A DNA stretch of 64,000 bases from an uncultured Spirochaetales bacterium (GCA_964624475.1 CAZUYC010000083.1:135792-199791); one strand, 5' to 3'. Positions 9,855 through 20,156 are shown, counted from the stretch's first letter. Notes: generated by a model from the letters alone, not told the origin. A program made the numbers and translations.

Positions 9855-10508
9855 ATGAAGCTCATCACCCACGCACTCTCGCCCTTCTCGGCCAAGGTCC
9901 GGATCGCGCTGCGCGAGAAGGGCCTCCCCTTCGAGGACGAGCAGCTCCCGATCGCCCGCGCCGGCATCGTGCGCAAGCCCGAGGCGCTCCTCGCCGCGAG
10001 CCCGCGCGGCCAGGTCCCGGTCCTCTTCGACGGCGAGGTCGTGCTGCACGACTCGACGGTGATCCTCGAGTACCTGGAGGAGCGCCATCCGCGCCCGCCG
10101 CTCCTCCCGAGCGGCGCCGCCGAGCGCGCGCGGGCGCGGCTCCTCGAGGACGACGCCGACTGGCTCATGAACGGCGCGATCGCGGAGCTGCTCGGCGAGA
10201 CCTACCGCAAGCCCGATCCCGCGACCCGCGACGAGGCGAAGCTCGCGCAGGCCGCCGCGGCGATCCGGGCCGCCTACGCCCGGCTCGAGCGCACGCTCGC
10301 CGACGGCCGCGCCCATCTCGCCGGCGAGGCCTTCACCGTGGCCGACCTGGGCTGGCTCTTCCCGGTGAGCTTCGCCGCCTTCTACGGCGTCCCGCCCGAG
10401 GACGCGCAGCCAGGGCTCCGCGCCTGGCTGCTGCGCGTCTCGTCGCGCCCGAGCGTCGCGGAGGAGACCAAGGAAATGCGCGAGGCGCTGGAGAAGCTGC
10501 CGGACTGA
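9855..10508 (+). CDS. Glutathione S-transferase
   Basis: N-terminal thioredoxin-like GST pattern: LSPFSAKVRIALREKGLPFE, QVPVLFDG, DSTVILEYLEE. Confidence 0.85.
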   Translation: MKLITHALSPFSAKVRIALREKGLPFEDEQLPIARAGIVRKPEALLAASPRGQVPVLFDGEVVLHDSTVILEYLEERHPRPPLLPSGAAERARARLLEDDADWLMNGAIAELLGETYRKPDPATRDEAKLAQAAAAIRAAYARLERTLADGRAHLAGEAFTVADLGWLFPVSFAAFYGVPPEDAQPGLRAWLLRVSSRPSVAEETKEMREALEKLPD

Positions 10509-10534
10509 GCGCGGAGGGCCCCCGACGGACTCGT

Positions 10535-10795
10535 CTATCCGGTCGAATGACCCCGGATCCGGCGATGCCCCCAGAGCAGCAGGACGGCGCCGCCGGTCGC
10601 CAAAGCCAGGCTGCCGAAGTTGAATCCGCTGACGTCCCCGAGGCCGAGGAAGGATCCGAGCATGCCGCCGACGAAGGCGCCGGCCACTCCGAGCAGGATC
10701 GTCAGTATCATGCCGCCTGGGTCCGGACCCGGCATGATCCACTTCGCGAGGGCCCCGACCAGGAGGCCGAGGAGAATCCAGGACAGGATGCCCAT
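10535..10795 (-). CDS. GlsB/YeaQ/YmgE family stress-response membrane protein
   Basis: 86 aa. MGILSWILLGLLVGALAKWIMPG..GGMILTILLGVAGAFVGG is typical of the transglycosylase-associated family. Confidence 0.85.
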   Translation of the reverse strand: MGILSWILLGLLVGALAKWIMPGPDPGGMILTILLGVAGAFVGGMLGSFLGLGDVSGFNFGSLALATGGAVLLLWGHRRIRGHSTG

Positions 10796-10918
10796 GCGCT
10801 CCTCCTTGCGTCCTCGCGCGGCCCGACGGGTGAGACGAGCCTCGACCCGCGCGGCCGCCCGTGGACCGACCCAGTCTGATCCCCGAGAGGCCGACGAGTC
10901 AAGCGAGGCCCGCCGCCG

Positions 10919-11296
10919 CTACGCGGTCGGGTCGCGGACGGAGTGCCGACGGCGCCACGCGAGTAGGTAGATCGCGACGTTGGCGAGCGCGAGTGCGGCG
11001 GCGAGCCCCAGCTGGGCCTCGCGGCCGAGCCCCGCCGGATAGACCACGGGCAGCAGGTAGTGCTCGATGAAGCCACCCCCGTAGCCGGGCTCGCGTGCGC
11101 TCGTACGCAGCCAGTGCTCGAGCGGAGTGAGTGGACAGACCCGCCCCGAGAGCTCGATGCCGACGCCCCAGACGACCGCCGGAAGGTGCAGCCACGCCGC
11201 CCACGGCCAGCGGAGCACGAGCAGACCTCCGAGCGCCGTGAAGACGATGAAGGCGAAATGCACGAGGACGACGACGTCTGCCAGGAGGGAACTCAT
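10919..11296 (-). CDS. DUF2784-like membrane protein
   Basis: Start at internal ATG 11296 (MSSLLADVVVLVHFAFIVF...). Contains CPLTPLEHWLR. The upstream part of the track ORF is not protein-like. Confidence 0.7.
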   Translation of the reverse strand: MSSLLADVVVLVHFAFIVFTALGGLLVLRWPWAAWLHLPAVVWGVGIELSGRVCPLTPLEHWLRTSAREPGYGGGFIEHYLLPVVYPAGLGREAQLGLAAALALANVAIYLLAWRRRHSVRDPTA

Positions 11297-11330
11297 CACT
11301 CGTCGCTCCGGAGATGCGATTCGATGCAGC

Positions 11331-11861
11331 CTACATCGGCACGTATGGAGCGGAGAAGGCGGAGTGATACCGAACCTCTCCGCTACGGCCTCGAAGCGCG
11401 GAGGGCTCGAGCTCGACCAGCATGAACGATGGGTTGGCCCCGGGCCGTTGGAAGTAGAGCCCGAACTCCCACGCGGGCCGAAATCCGAAGCGCGGGTAGT
11501 ACGATGGATGGCCCAGGACCACGACCACGGACTCACCGATCGCTCGGCACGCAGCCAAGCCCGATTTCACGAGCTCCGATCCGACTCCCCGGTTCTGATT
11601 CTCTCTGCGCACGGCCAGCGGAGCGAGCCCGAGAGCCCCCGATAGCTCCGAGGGTGCGCGAATCTCCACGGGGGTGAAGAGAACGTGGCCAATGACTCGG
11701 TCGGCCGGATCGACGGCGACCAGGGAGATCTGAGGCTCAATGATGCCCCGAAGGGTGCTGACGAGTCTCGCTTCGGCGTCCGTCGGGAACGCATCGGCGA
11801 CGACCTCGTGGATGTCCGGCCAATCGGCAGGGCGTTCGCGACGAACGTGGAAGGCGCTCAG
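11331..11861 (-). CDS. GNAT family N-acetyltransferase; candidate CTG start
   Basis: Acetyl-CoA motif RRENQNRGVGSELV. My translation extends the frame upstream of the track ORF: SAFHVRRERPADWPDIHEVVADAFPTDAEARLVSTLRGIIEPQISLVAVDPADRVIGHVLFTP. That extension has no ATG, GTG or TTG. CTG at 11861 follows GAGGT by 6 nt. Confidence 0.72.
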   Translation of the reverse strand: MSAFHVRRERPADWPDIHEVVADAFPTDAEARLVSTLRGIIEPQISLVAVDPADRVIGHVLFTPVEIRAPSELSGALGLAPLAVRRENQNRGVGSELVKSGLAACRAIGESVVVVLGHPSYYPRFGFRPAWEFGLYFQRPGANPSFMLVELEPSALRGRSGEVRYHSAFSAPYVPM

Positions 11862-11924
11862 GAAAGAACCTCATGATGATCGCGCTGCACCGGGATGCGA
11901 AGCGAGGCTCCGCTGCCGCGTTGG

Positions 11925-12425
11925 TTAGGCTTCGCCCTTCTTGCGTCCGAACTCGTCGAAGAAGATCTCGTCGAGCTCGTACGCTGTCACCGAACGAACG
12001 CCGAGTTCGAGCTCCTCGAACATCTCGAGTAGCTTCTGGCCATCGACAAGCTCGATGGGGGTTACGCCGTATCTCCGCCGCGCCCCGTGACCACCACTTG
12101 GACGAAGCCCGCTTCGCGAAGCAGACGCTGGCAAAGACGCTCGAACCCCGCGGGGGGAAGGGCCAATAGGATGCTGAGGAGTTGCTCGCGGTGGCTATCG
12201 GAAGTGGATTGGCCGGCCAGGGGGGCGGGCTGGTCGGCGGAGGCAGGGGCGGCGCCTTTCTGCTTCTGCCGTTCATCGCGGAAGAGCTTGACCCACTTGG
12301 GTCACCTGCTGAACCACCTCGCTTGGGCTACCCGAGCCTCCGAGGGTGCGAAGTGCATCCAGGAGAGGGCCGAAATACCGGACGAATTGCGCGCCTTCGA
12401 TCTGCTCGGTCTGCTTCTTCGACAT
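11925..12425 (-). pseudogene. Mrr-type restriction endonuclease remnant (catalytic core deleted)
   Basis: My translations give three pieces in three frames. Piece 1 is an N-terminal wHTH-like MSKKQTEQIEGAQFVRYFGPLLDALRTLGGSGSPSEVVQQV. Piece 2 is LLALPPAGFERLCQRLLREAGFVQVVVTGRGGD, which ends in a stop. Piece 3 is the C-terminal TPIELVDGQKLLEMFEELELGV. Confidence 0.68.
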
Positions 12426-12552
12426 GGCTTGTGCGCTTCTTGGGCGAGGCCCACAGAGTAGTAGCCCGCGTACCCCGACGACACCCCACGGCGCTCCTCG
12501 AGCGCGCGGGCTACGAGAAGGCCGAGATCAACGAGATCGCCAACATCGTGCA

Positions 12553-12870
12553 TCACCTGTCGAACGAACCGCCGCCTCTCCGCCAGACCTCCCTCTGAGT
12601 ACTCCCCGAAGATTGCCGACCGCGCCCCGGCACCTCCTCGGGGCGGAGGAGGCCGTGGCGCCTCCAGCCCAGGGTGACGTGGCACGGGAAGCGTGGGGCC
12701 AGGGCAGGCCGGCGGCGGTGCGGGTCGCGCGGGCTCGGACCGGGCTTGCGGCCGGCGCCCTTCCGCGGTCCTCCCCAACGGTGCGGGGGTCGGAGGTCGA
12801 GGGTGATCTGCCGAGATCGCGTCGACATGCCGCGCATGCTGACACGCCGATGTGACAGATCAGGACGCAC
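12553..12870 (-). mobile_element. Remnant of an IS200/IS605-type (RayT-like) Y1 transposase, N-terminal fragment only
   Basis: RWGGPRKGAGRKPGPSPRDPHRRRPALAPRFPCHVTLGW matches the N-terminus I recall for IS200-like transposases of high-GC deltaproteobacteria. No HUH or Tyr catalytic region follows. Confidence 0.5.
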
Positions 12871-13136
12871 TCGACGGACCTTGATTGCGCGATCTTCTCA
12901 GAAGCAGGACTCGAGCGCACCCCGGCACGGGTCGCGCGGCCTCGCCGCGATCGCTTTCCGCTGTCGGTGAAGCGGTCGAGCATCCGCGGAGCGGTTGCGC
13001 TGCGGCCGGAACGGCCATGCTGCCGCGGGAACCGTTCTCGCGTTGGGCGCGGGCCCACAGCGGGGCCCTCGCGCGCGCCGGCCGCTCGGGCTAGCTTGCT
13101 CGGTGCGTTCCACGCGCGCCCCGGGAGACGAAACCG

Positions 13137-14138
13137 ATGGCATCGGCGGTGCAGAACTGGGCCGAGATCCTGCGCACGCAGAATCTGTCGGCCGATCGGG
13201 CGATGGACGAGGTCTCGCGCTGGCTGCTGATCACGCGCGCGAGCGTGTTCCCGATGACGATCTTCTCGGGGGTGATCGGGGGACTCTTCGCTGCGCGGGT
13301 GCCCGAGGCGCACTGGGGGTACTTGGCGCTCTGCCTGATCGGGCTCGTGCTCGCGCACGCCGCGAACAACATGATCAACGACTACTTCGATCTCGAGGGC
13401 GGCGTCGACACCGCGAGCTACGTACGCGCGCTGTACGCGCCGCATCCCGTCCTCTCGGGGTTGATCACGAAGACGGGGCTGCTCGTCGCGATCGCGGTCG
13501 TGAACCTGCTCGATCTCGGGATCCTGCTCTACCTGACCGAGCACCGCGGCTGGCCCGTGGCTCTCTTCGCCCTGCTCGGCCTCTTCGTGAGCGTCTTCTA
13601 CGTGGCGCCCCCGCTCCAGCTCAAGCACCGGGGCCTCGGCGAGCCGGGCGTCTTCCTCGTCTGGGGGCCGCTCATGATCGGCGGCACCTACTACGTGACG
13701 ACGGGGAGCTTCGCGCCGTGGGTGATCGTGGCGAGCCTTCCCTACGCGATGCTCGTCGCGGCCGTGCTGATGGGCAAGCACATCGACAAGCTCGAGGCCG
13801 ACTCGGCCAAGGGGATCCACACGCTGCCCGTGATCCTCGGCCGGGAGAAGGCGACCTTCCTGACGCAGGAGCTGCTCGTCGGCTTCTTCGTCTTCGTCGT
13901 CTGCCTGGTCCTGGTCGGCACGCTCGGTGCCTGGACGCTCCTCGTGCTCCTCGCGCTGCCGCGGCTCTGGCAGGTGCTCGGCGTCTACTCGAGGCCCCCG
14001 CCGGCGGAGCCGCCGCCGCGCTATCCGCTCTGGCCGCTCTGGTACGTGTCGTGGTCCTTCCTCGTCACGCGGCGCGCGGGCGGGCTCTTCGTCCTCGGGC
14101 TCCTGCTCGACGCGATCTATCCGGTCCATCTCTCCTGA
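13137..14138 (+). CDS. UbiA-family prenyltransferase (MenA-like)
   Basis: Polytopic membrane protein with Asp-rich motif [16 protein letters not shown]. Confidence 0.85.
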   Translation: MASAVQNWAEILRTQNLSADRAMDEVSRWLLITRASVFPMTIFSGVIGGLFAARVPEAHWGYLALCLIGLVLAHAANNMINDYFDLEGGVDTASYVRALYAPHPVLSGLITKTGLLVAIAVVNLLDLGILLYLTEHRGWPVALFALLGLFVSVFYVAPPLQLKHRGLGEPGVFLVWGPLMIGGTYYVTTGSFAPWVIVASLPYAMLVAAVLMGKHIDKLEADSAKGIHTLPVILGREKATFLTQELLVGFFVFVVCLVLVGTLGAWTLLVLLALPRLWQVLGVYSRPPPAEPPPRYPLWPLWYVSWSFLVTRRAGGLFVLGLLLDAIYPVHLS

Positions 14139-14170
14139 GAGCGGGCCGTTGCACGGCGGAGGCGCGAGCC

Positions 14171-15406
14171 ATGGGCGAGGCGTGGATCATCGATGCGGTG
14201 CGGACCCCCCGCGGTCGGGGCAAGGCGGGTGTGGGCGCGCTCTCGGGGATCCACCTCCAGAACCTCCTGTCTCAGTGTCTGAACGCGCTGCGCGAGCGGA
14301 CGGGGATCGATCCCCGCGACGTCGAGGACGTGGTGGCAGGCTGCGTCAGCGCCTTCGGCGATCAGGCCGGCTGCATCGCGCGCATGGCGGTCCTCCACGC
14401 CGGCTGGCCCGGGGATGCGGCGACGGGAGTCACGCTGAACCGCTTCTGCGGCTCGGGCCAGCAGGCCGTGAACTTCGCGGCGCTCGGGGTAATGGCGGGG
14501 CAGCAGGACCTCGTGATCGGCGGCGGCGTCGAGTCGATGTCGCGCGTGCCGATGGGCTCGGACAAGTCCGGTCTCAGCGGCCACAACCAGGAGCTCGACG
14601 CCCTGCACCCGCTCGTGCCGCAGGGGATCTCGGCGGACCTGATCGCGACGCTCGAGGGCTTCGGCCGCGAGGCGCTCGATGCCTTCGCCGTCGAGAGCCA
14701 GCGCCGCGCGCAGCTCGCGCAGAAGGAGGGGCGCTTCGAGAGGAGCCTCGTCCCCGTGCGCGACGCCGGGGGCAAGCTGGTCCTCGACTGCGACGAGCAC
14801 CCGCGCGCCGGCACGACGCTCGAGGGCCTCGCGAAGCTCGAGCCCTCCTTCGCCGGGATCGGGGCCTACAAGCCCAAGGGGTCGTCCCTCAGCATGGACG
14901 CGCGCGCTCTCTCGCGCTACCCGCAGCTCGCGAAGATCGAGCACGTCCACCACGCCGGCAACTCCTCCGGCATCGTCGACGGGGCGAGCGCGGTGCTCGT
15001 CGCGTCGCCGGACTATGCCCGCGCGCACGGCCTCCGCCCGCGGGCGCGCTTCGTCGCCACGGCCACGGCGGCCGCGGAGCCGATCATCATGCTGACGGCG
15101 CCGACGCCGGCCTCCGAGCGCTGCCTCCGGCGGGCCGGAATGAGCGCGCGGGACATCGACCTCGTCGAGATCAACGAGGCCTTCGCGGCGATTCCCCTCC
15201 AGACCACGCGCAACCTCCGGCTCGACCCCGAGCAGGTGAACCCGAACGGGGGTGCGATCGCCTTCGGCCACCCGCTCGGCGCGACCGGCGGCATGCTGAT
15301 CGGGGCGGTCCTCGACGAGCTCGAGCGGCGCGACCTCGCGACCGGCCTCGTCACCATGTGCATCGGCGGGGGGATGGGGATCGCGACGATCCTCGAGCGG
15401 ATCTGA
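14171..15406 (+). CDS. Acetyl-CoA C-acyltransferase (thiolase)
   Basis: [28 protein letters not shown] (active-site Cys) and a C-terminal CIGGGMG. Confidence 0.92.
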   Translation: MGEAWIIDAVRTPRGRGKAGVGALSGIHLQNLLSQCLNALRERTGIDPRDVEDVVAGCVSAFGDQAGCIARMAVLHAGWPGDAATGVTLNRFCGSGQQAVNFAALGVMAGQQDLVIGGGVESMSRVPMGSDKSGLSGHNQELDALHPLVPQGISADLIATLEGFGREALDAFAVESQRRAQLAQKEGRFERSLVPVRDAGGKLVLDCDEHPRAGTTLEGLAKLEPSFAGIGAYKPKGSSLSMDARALSRYPQLAKIEHVHHAGNSSGIVDGASAVLVASPDYARAHGLRPRARFVATATAAAEPIIMLTAPTPASERCLRRAGMSARDIDLVEINEAFAAIPLQTTRNLRLDPEQVNPNGGAIAFGHPLGATGGMLIGAVLDELERRDLATGLVTMCIGGGMGIATILERI

Positions 15407-15497
15407 GCGGGCGCCCGGATCTCCCGATCAGAACGGCGTTTGGATCGGCACCGCCGCGGCCCCGGCGGGGATCGGCCCCCTTTCAGATCCGGGGCGG

Positions 15498-16940
15498 ATG
15501 CGTACACTCCGCGCGGTGGGTGGTGAACCGTCCTACGAGCGCCTCTCCGCTCAGGACGCCTCGTTTGTCCAGTTCGAGAACACGGGCTCGCCGTCCCACG
15601 TGACGGCGGTCGCCGTCTTCGAGGGCGGCGGGCTCGCGGCGGGATCGGGCGGCGCGCTCGACATGGACCTCGTGCGGACGCACGTCGCGTCGCGCCTGCA
15701 CCTGCTCCCGCACTACCGCCAGAAGCTCGCCTTCACTCCGATCCAGGGGCACGCGATCTGGGTCGACGACGCGCGCTTCGACCTCGCCTGCCACGTGCGC
15801 CACGCGGGGCTGCCCGCGCCGGGCGACGCCGCGCGGCTCAAGGAGCTGACCGGAAGGATCGCCTCGCAGCCCCTCGACCGCTCGCGGCCGCTCTGGGAGC
15901 TCTGGTTCGTGGAGGGCCTCGCCGGCGGCGGCTTCGCCGCGATCGCGAAGATCCACCACTGCATGGTGGACGGCGTCTCGGGGGTCGGCGTGCTCCAGGC
16001 GCTCCTTTCGCCCGACAAGGATCAGGCGCTGGAGGAGCCGCGAGCCTGGGCGCCGCGGCCCGCGCCGGGCACCCTCGCCTTCCTGGCGGACGGCGTCAGC
16101 GAGGGCACCGACTTCTCCGTCTCGCTCGTGCGCGAGGCGGCGGGTGCGCTCTTCCGCCCGCGGGACACGGTGAGCCGCGTGCTCGGCGGCGCGGGCGCCG
16201 CCTGGAAGACGCTGCGCATCGGGCTCGTGCCTCCGGCCGAGTCCGCGTTCAACGGCCCGATCGGACAGCAGCGGCGCACCGAGTGGACGACCCTCGACCT
16301 CCGCGAGATCCGCGACCTGTGCAAGCGGCTCGACGGCTCGATCAACGACGTGATCCTCTCGATCGTGGCCGGCGCGATGCGGACCTTCCTGCTGCGCCGC
16401 GGCGAGAAGCTGCGCGGGCGCGAGCTGCGCGTGGTCGTCCCCGTCGACATGCGCACGGGCCCGGTCGACCTCCGCGTCGGCAACCGGGTCTCGTCGTGGT
16501 TCGTGAACCTGCCGCTCGGCGAGTCGCGCCCGATGCGGCGCTTCGAGCGCATCCGCGCCCAGACCCGCGAGCTCAAGCGCAGCGAGGCGGCGCAGGCGAT
16601 CGACGGCTTCATGCGCTTCGCCGACTGGACCGGTTCGTCGAGCCTCACCTTTCTCGGCGTCAACCTGATCTCGGCGATCCGACCCTACAACCTGATCGTG
16701 ACCAACGTGCACGGCCCGCAGCTCCCGCTCTACCTGCTCGGCGCCCGGCTGCGCGAGTTCCACCCGCTGCTGCCGCTCTTCGAGCGCCAGGGCCTCGCCA
16801 TCGCCGCGATGAGCTACCTCGGCCGCCTCTCCTTCGGCCTCTGCGCCGACTGGAACGTCGTCCCCGACGTGCACGCGCTCCCCGCGATCCTCGGCGAATC
16901 CCTCGCCGAAATCCGCGCCGCGGCGGACGCGCGGAAGTAG
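15498..16940 (+). CDS. Wax ester synthase/diacylglycerol acyltransferase (WS/DGAT)
   Basis: Catalytic HHCMVDGVSG (HHxxxDG). 480 aa. Confidence 0.9.
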   Translation: MRTLRAVGGEPSYERLSAQDASFVQFENTGSPSHVTAVAVFEGGGLAAGSGGALDMDLVRTHVASRLHLLPHYRQKLAFTPIQGHAIWVDDARFDLACHVRHAGLPAPGDAARLKELTGRIASQPLDRSRPLWELWFVEGLAGGGFAAIAKIHHCMVDGVSGVGVLQALLSPDKDQALEEPRAWAPRPAPGTLAFLADGVSEGTDFSVSLVREAAGALFRPRDTVSRVLGGAGAAWKTLRIGLVPPAESAFNGPIGQQRRTEWTTLDLREIRDLCKRLDGSINDVILSIVAGAMRTFLLRRGEKLRGRELRVVVPVDMRTGPVDLRVGNRVSSWFVNLPLGESRPMRRFERIRAQTRELKRSEAAQAIDGFMRFADWTGSSSLTFLGVNLISAIRPYNLIVTNVHGPQLPLYLLGARLREFHPLLPLFERQGLAIAAMSYLGRLSFGLCADWNVVPDVHALPAILGESLAEIRAAADARK

Positions 16941-16958
16941 CACCGGGCGCCGGCGCAG

Positions 16959-17747
16959 ATGGCGACCGCGGGCGTCCTCGCCGCCGCCGCGGCGTGGACC
17001 CTGCTCGCGATGGGCCTCCTCTGGCTCTCGAGCCTGCGGCTGCGCGACGCCAGCATCGTCGACGTCTACTGGGGTCCGGGCTTCGCCGCGATCGCCGCGG
17101 TGGGCTACCTCGCGACGGGGGGCGGACACCCGCGGCGCACGCTGATCCTCGGGCTCGCGCTGCTCTGGGGCCTGCGCCTCGGCGGCTATCTCCTGTGGCG
17201 CAACGCCGGCAAGGGCGAGGACTACCGCTACCGCGCCATGCGCCGGCACCACGGCGAGCGCTTCGGCGTGGTGAGCCTCGTCCGCGTCTTCGGCCTCCAG
17301 GGCGCCCTGCAGTGGACCGTGTCGCTCCCGCTCCAGCTCACCCAGGCGGCTCCCGGGCCCGCCCAGCTCGGCGCCCTCGACGCGCTCGGCGTGGCGCTCT
17401 GGTGCACGGGGATGCTCTTCGAGACGGTGGGAGACCTTCAGCTCGCGCGCTTCAAGGCGGACCCCGCCAGCCAGGGCCGGGTCATGGACCGCGGCCTCTG
17501 GTGCTACACGCGCCACCCGAACTACTTCGGCGACTTCCTGGTCTGGTGGGGATTCGGCGCCATCGCCCTCGCCGGCCCTCTCGGCGGATTCGCCCTGATC
17601 GGTCCGGCGCTGATGAGCTTCCTCCTGCTGCGCGTCTCGGGCGTCGCGATGCTCGAACGCACGATCGGCAAGCGGCGCCCCGGCTATCGCGAGTACCAGG
17701 AGCGCACCCACGCGTTCTTCCCGGGGCCTCCGCGGCGTGGCTCGTGA
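16959..17747 (+). CDS. DUF1295 / steroid 5-alpha-reductase-like membrane protein
   Basis: YTRHPNYFGDFLVWWGF motif. Polytopic. Confidence 0.8.
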   Translation: MATAGVLAAAAAWTLLAMGLLWLSSLRLRDASIVDVYWGPGFAAIAAVGYLATGGGHPRRTLILGLALLWGLRLGGYLLWRNAGKGEDYRYRAMRRHHGERFGVVSLVRVFGLQGALQWTVSLPLQLTQAAPGPAQLGALDALGVALWCTGMLFETVGDLQLARFKADPASQGRVMDRGLWCYTRHPNYFGDFLVWWGFGAIALAGPLGGFALIGPALMSFLLLRVSGVAMLERTIGKRRPGYREYQERTHAFFPGPPRRGS

Positions 17748-17761
17748 TTCGGGGCGGTGCG

Positions 17762-19195
17762 CTACTCGGGCGCCGCCCCCGCGCGGAGCGGTGCGGCCGC
17801 GCCCGTGCGGTCGCCCATGCGGGAGAGCAGGGCGCCGAGGCGCAGCTGGAGCGGTGCGGCGCCCGGAGCGAGGGCGAGCCCGCGCTCGTAGTGGGTGCGC
17901 GCGAGATCGAGGCGTCCCGCGTCCTCGTGCGCCTCGCCGAGGTTCAGGAACACGACCGGGTGCTCGCCGGAGACGGCCAGCGCGTTCTCGAAGAGCGCGA
18001 CGCTGTCGCGCCAGGTCGCGAGCTGCGCTCGCGCGAGCACGGCCCACGTCGCGACGAGGGCGATCGCCAAAGCGGCGAGCAGCGGGCGCGCGCGCGGCAT
18101 GCGCGCGGCGAGATCCGCGGCACCCCACGCCGCGGCGATCCCGAGCCCCACCAGCGGGAGATAGGTGTAGCGGTCGGCGATCGCCTGCGAGCCCACCTGC
18201 ACGAGGCCGAGGACGGGGAGCAGCGTCACCGCGTACCAGAGCCAGCCGACCCACAGGTACGGGCAGCGGCGGCGCGCGGCGAGCGCCGCGGCCGTGATGC
18301 CCGCGAGCGCGAGCGCGGCCGCCGCGACCTTCCAGGCGGGAAGCTCGAACTCGAACGGGTAGAAGACGGCGAGATCGACGGGCCAGAGCGCGATCCCGAG
18401 GTAGCGCAGCGCGGCGACCACCGCGTTGGCGGCGCGGCTCGCGAGCGGTACCTGGGCGAGGCTCGCCACGCCGCCGCCCGCGCGCTGCGCCGCGAAGGCG
18501 GCGAGGGCGGCCGCCGCGGCGAGCGCGAAGAGGGGGATCTTCTCGCGCACGAGCGCTCGCCACGGCTGCGTGCGGCCGAGCGGCCAGCGGTCGAGGAGCA
18601 GGAGCACCACCGGGAGCGTCACGAGCATCGGCTTCGCGAGGAGCCCGAGCCCTAGCGAGAGACACACGAACAGGTAGCGGCCGCGGCCGGGCGCGCGCAC
18701 GAAGCGCGCCCAGGCGAGCAGAGCGAGCATCCAGAAGACGGCGGAGAGGGTGTCGCGCCGCTCGGAGACCCAGGCCACCGACTCGACGTGCGCCGGGTGC
18801 ACCGCGAAGAGCGCGGCCGTGAACGCGCTCGGCCCGATCGCGCCGCCGAGCGAGCGGAGCGCCGCGAAGAGGAGCGCGGTCGCGGCCGCGTGCAGGCCTG
18901 CGTTCACCGCGTGGTGCGCGCCCGCGTCGAGACCGAAGATCTCGACATCGAGCATGTGGGCGAGCCAGCTGAGCGGCACGTAGTTGCCCGAGTGCGCGCG
19001 GGTGAAGGCCCACGCGACGCCTTCGGCCGTGAGCCCGCCGGCGACGGGCGGGTTCTCCGTCACGAACTCCTTGTCGTCGTAGACGACGAAGGGGTAGGCG
19101 CGGACCGGCGCGTAGACCGCGCCCACGAGCAGGCACAGCGCGAGGGCGATGCAGGAGGCCGCGCGGCTCGGAGCTCCGGCGGAGCGTCCGCTCAT
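17762..19195 (-). CDS. TMTC/PMT-like membrane protein with C-terminal TPR repeats
   Basis: Start MSGRSAGAP. Contains VVYDDKEFVTENPPV, multiple TM helices and a TPR-like tail (NLGEAHEDAGRLDLARTHYERGLALAP). ATGA overlap with the HAD gene stop. Confidence 0.75.
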   Translation of the reverse strand: MSGRSAGAPSRAASCIALALCLLVGAVYAPVRAYPFVVYDDKEFVTENPPVAGGLTAEGVAWAFTRAHSGNYVPLSWLAHMLDVEIFGLDAGAHHAVNAGLHAAATALLFAALRSLGGAIGPSAFTAALFAVHPAHVESVAWVSERRDTLSAVFWMLALLAWARFVRAPGRGRYLFVCLSLGLGLLAKPMLVTLPVVLLLLDRWPLGRTQPWRALVREKIPLFALAAAAALAAFAAQRAGGGVASLAQVPLASRAANAVVAALRYLGIALWPVDLAVFYPFEFELPAWKVAAAALALAGITAAALAARRRCPYLWVGWLWYAVTLLPVLGLVQVGSQAIADRYTYLPLVGLGIAAAWGAADLAARMPRARPLLAALAIALVATWAVLARAQLATWRDSVALFENALAVSGEHPVVFLNLGEAHEDAGRLDLARTHYERGLALAPGAAPLQLRLGALLSRMGDRTGAAAPLRAGAAPE

Positions 19196-20025
19196 CGCGC
19201 CTGCAGTACCGCCTCGATGGCCTCGGCGACGCCCCCCCGGTCGTTGCCCGCCACGACGAGGTCCGCGGCGTCCCGGACCTCCAGCGCGGCGTTGCCCATG
19301 GCAATCCCGAGCGCAGCCTCGGCCACGAGGTCGAGGTCGTTGCGGTCGTCGCCGACGGCGGCGATCTCGTGGGCGCCGATGCCCTCGGCCTCGGCCACGC
19401 GGTGCAGCGCCGCCCACTTCCCCGTGCCGGGCGCCAGGATCTCGAGGATGTGGGAGCCGAAGCCCCGGTTCTCGAGCCGGTGCGTGCGCACGCGACTCCC
19501 GAGCGCGCGGAGCGCGCGGGCCTCGAGCTCGTCGAGGGTCGCCCGGTCCGCCATCACGCTCATCATCAGCACGTCCTCGCGCCGCGCGGAGCCGAGGCTT
19601 GGGACGAAGCGGCAGTGCTCCGCGTGCTGCTCGAGGTATTCGACCTGGTGCGGGTGGGTGCCGCCGCGCGGCTCGGTCAGGATGTCCTCGTCCGGCCAGC
19701 CGTCCACGTAGACGAGCGGCGGGCCGTTCGGGTGGAGCGCCGCCAGGATCTCCGGATGGAGCGCCGCCGGGAGGTAGGTCGCGGCGAGCGTGCGCCCGCT
19801 CCACGCGTCCTTCACCAGCGCGCCGTTGTGCGCGACGACCGGCCCCGGGAGCCCGAGCTCGCGGGCGATCGGGAGGGTCGAGCGGAAGCGCCGTCCGGTG
19901 CAGAGCACCAGGCGCAGCCCCGCTCGCAGCGCGGCGTGGACCGCGGCGCGGGCGGCGCCCGAGATCTCGCCGCCGGGATCGAGGAGCGTCCCGTCGATGT
20001 CGAGGGCCAGCAGGCGGTAGCGCAT
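19192..20025 (-). CDS. Cof-type HAD-IIB phosphatase
   Basis: LLALDIDGTLLD, CTGR and VGDDRNDLDL motifs. ATG at 20025. Confidence 0.88.
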   Translation of the reverse strand: MRYRLLALDIDGTLLDPGGEISGAARAAVHAALRAGLRLVLCTGRRFRSTLPIARELGLPGPVVAHNGALVKDAWSGRTLAATYLPAALHPEILAALHPNGPPLVYVDGWPDEDILTEPRGGTHPHQVEYLEQHAEHCRFVPSLGSARREDVLMMSVMADRATLDELEARALRALGSRVRTHRLENRGFGSHILEILAPGTGKWAALHRVAEAEGIGAHEIAAVGDDRNDLDLVAEAALGIAMGNAALEVRDAADLVVAGNDRGGVAEAIEAVLQAR

Positions 20026-20156
20026 CAGCCCGGCGCGCTCCGCCGCCGCTCGAGCCTCCGCCCGAGCGTGCGCGGCGCCAGGGCTTCGAGATCGGTCTCG
20101 AGATCCGGGAGCTCCGGCACCCGGAAGTGATAGCATGAGGCGCGGGAGGGCTTTGG

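Noticed and set aside
12470-12598. A plus-strand peptide fragment, ...HPTALLERAGYEKAEINEIANIVHHLSNEPP, in the decayed islet.
   Set aside because: Only about 40 residues look protein-like. There is no start codon or recognisable family, so I could not support any call beyond possible gene debris.
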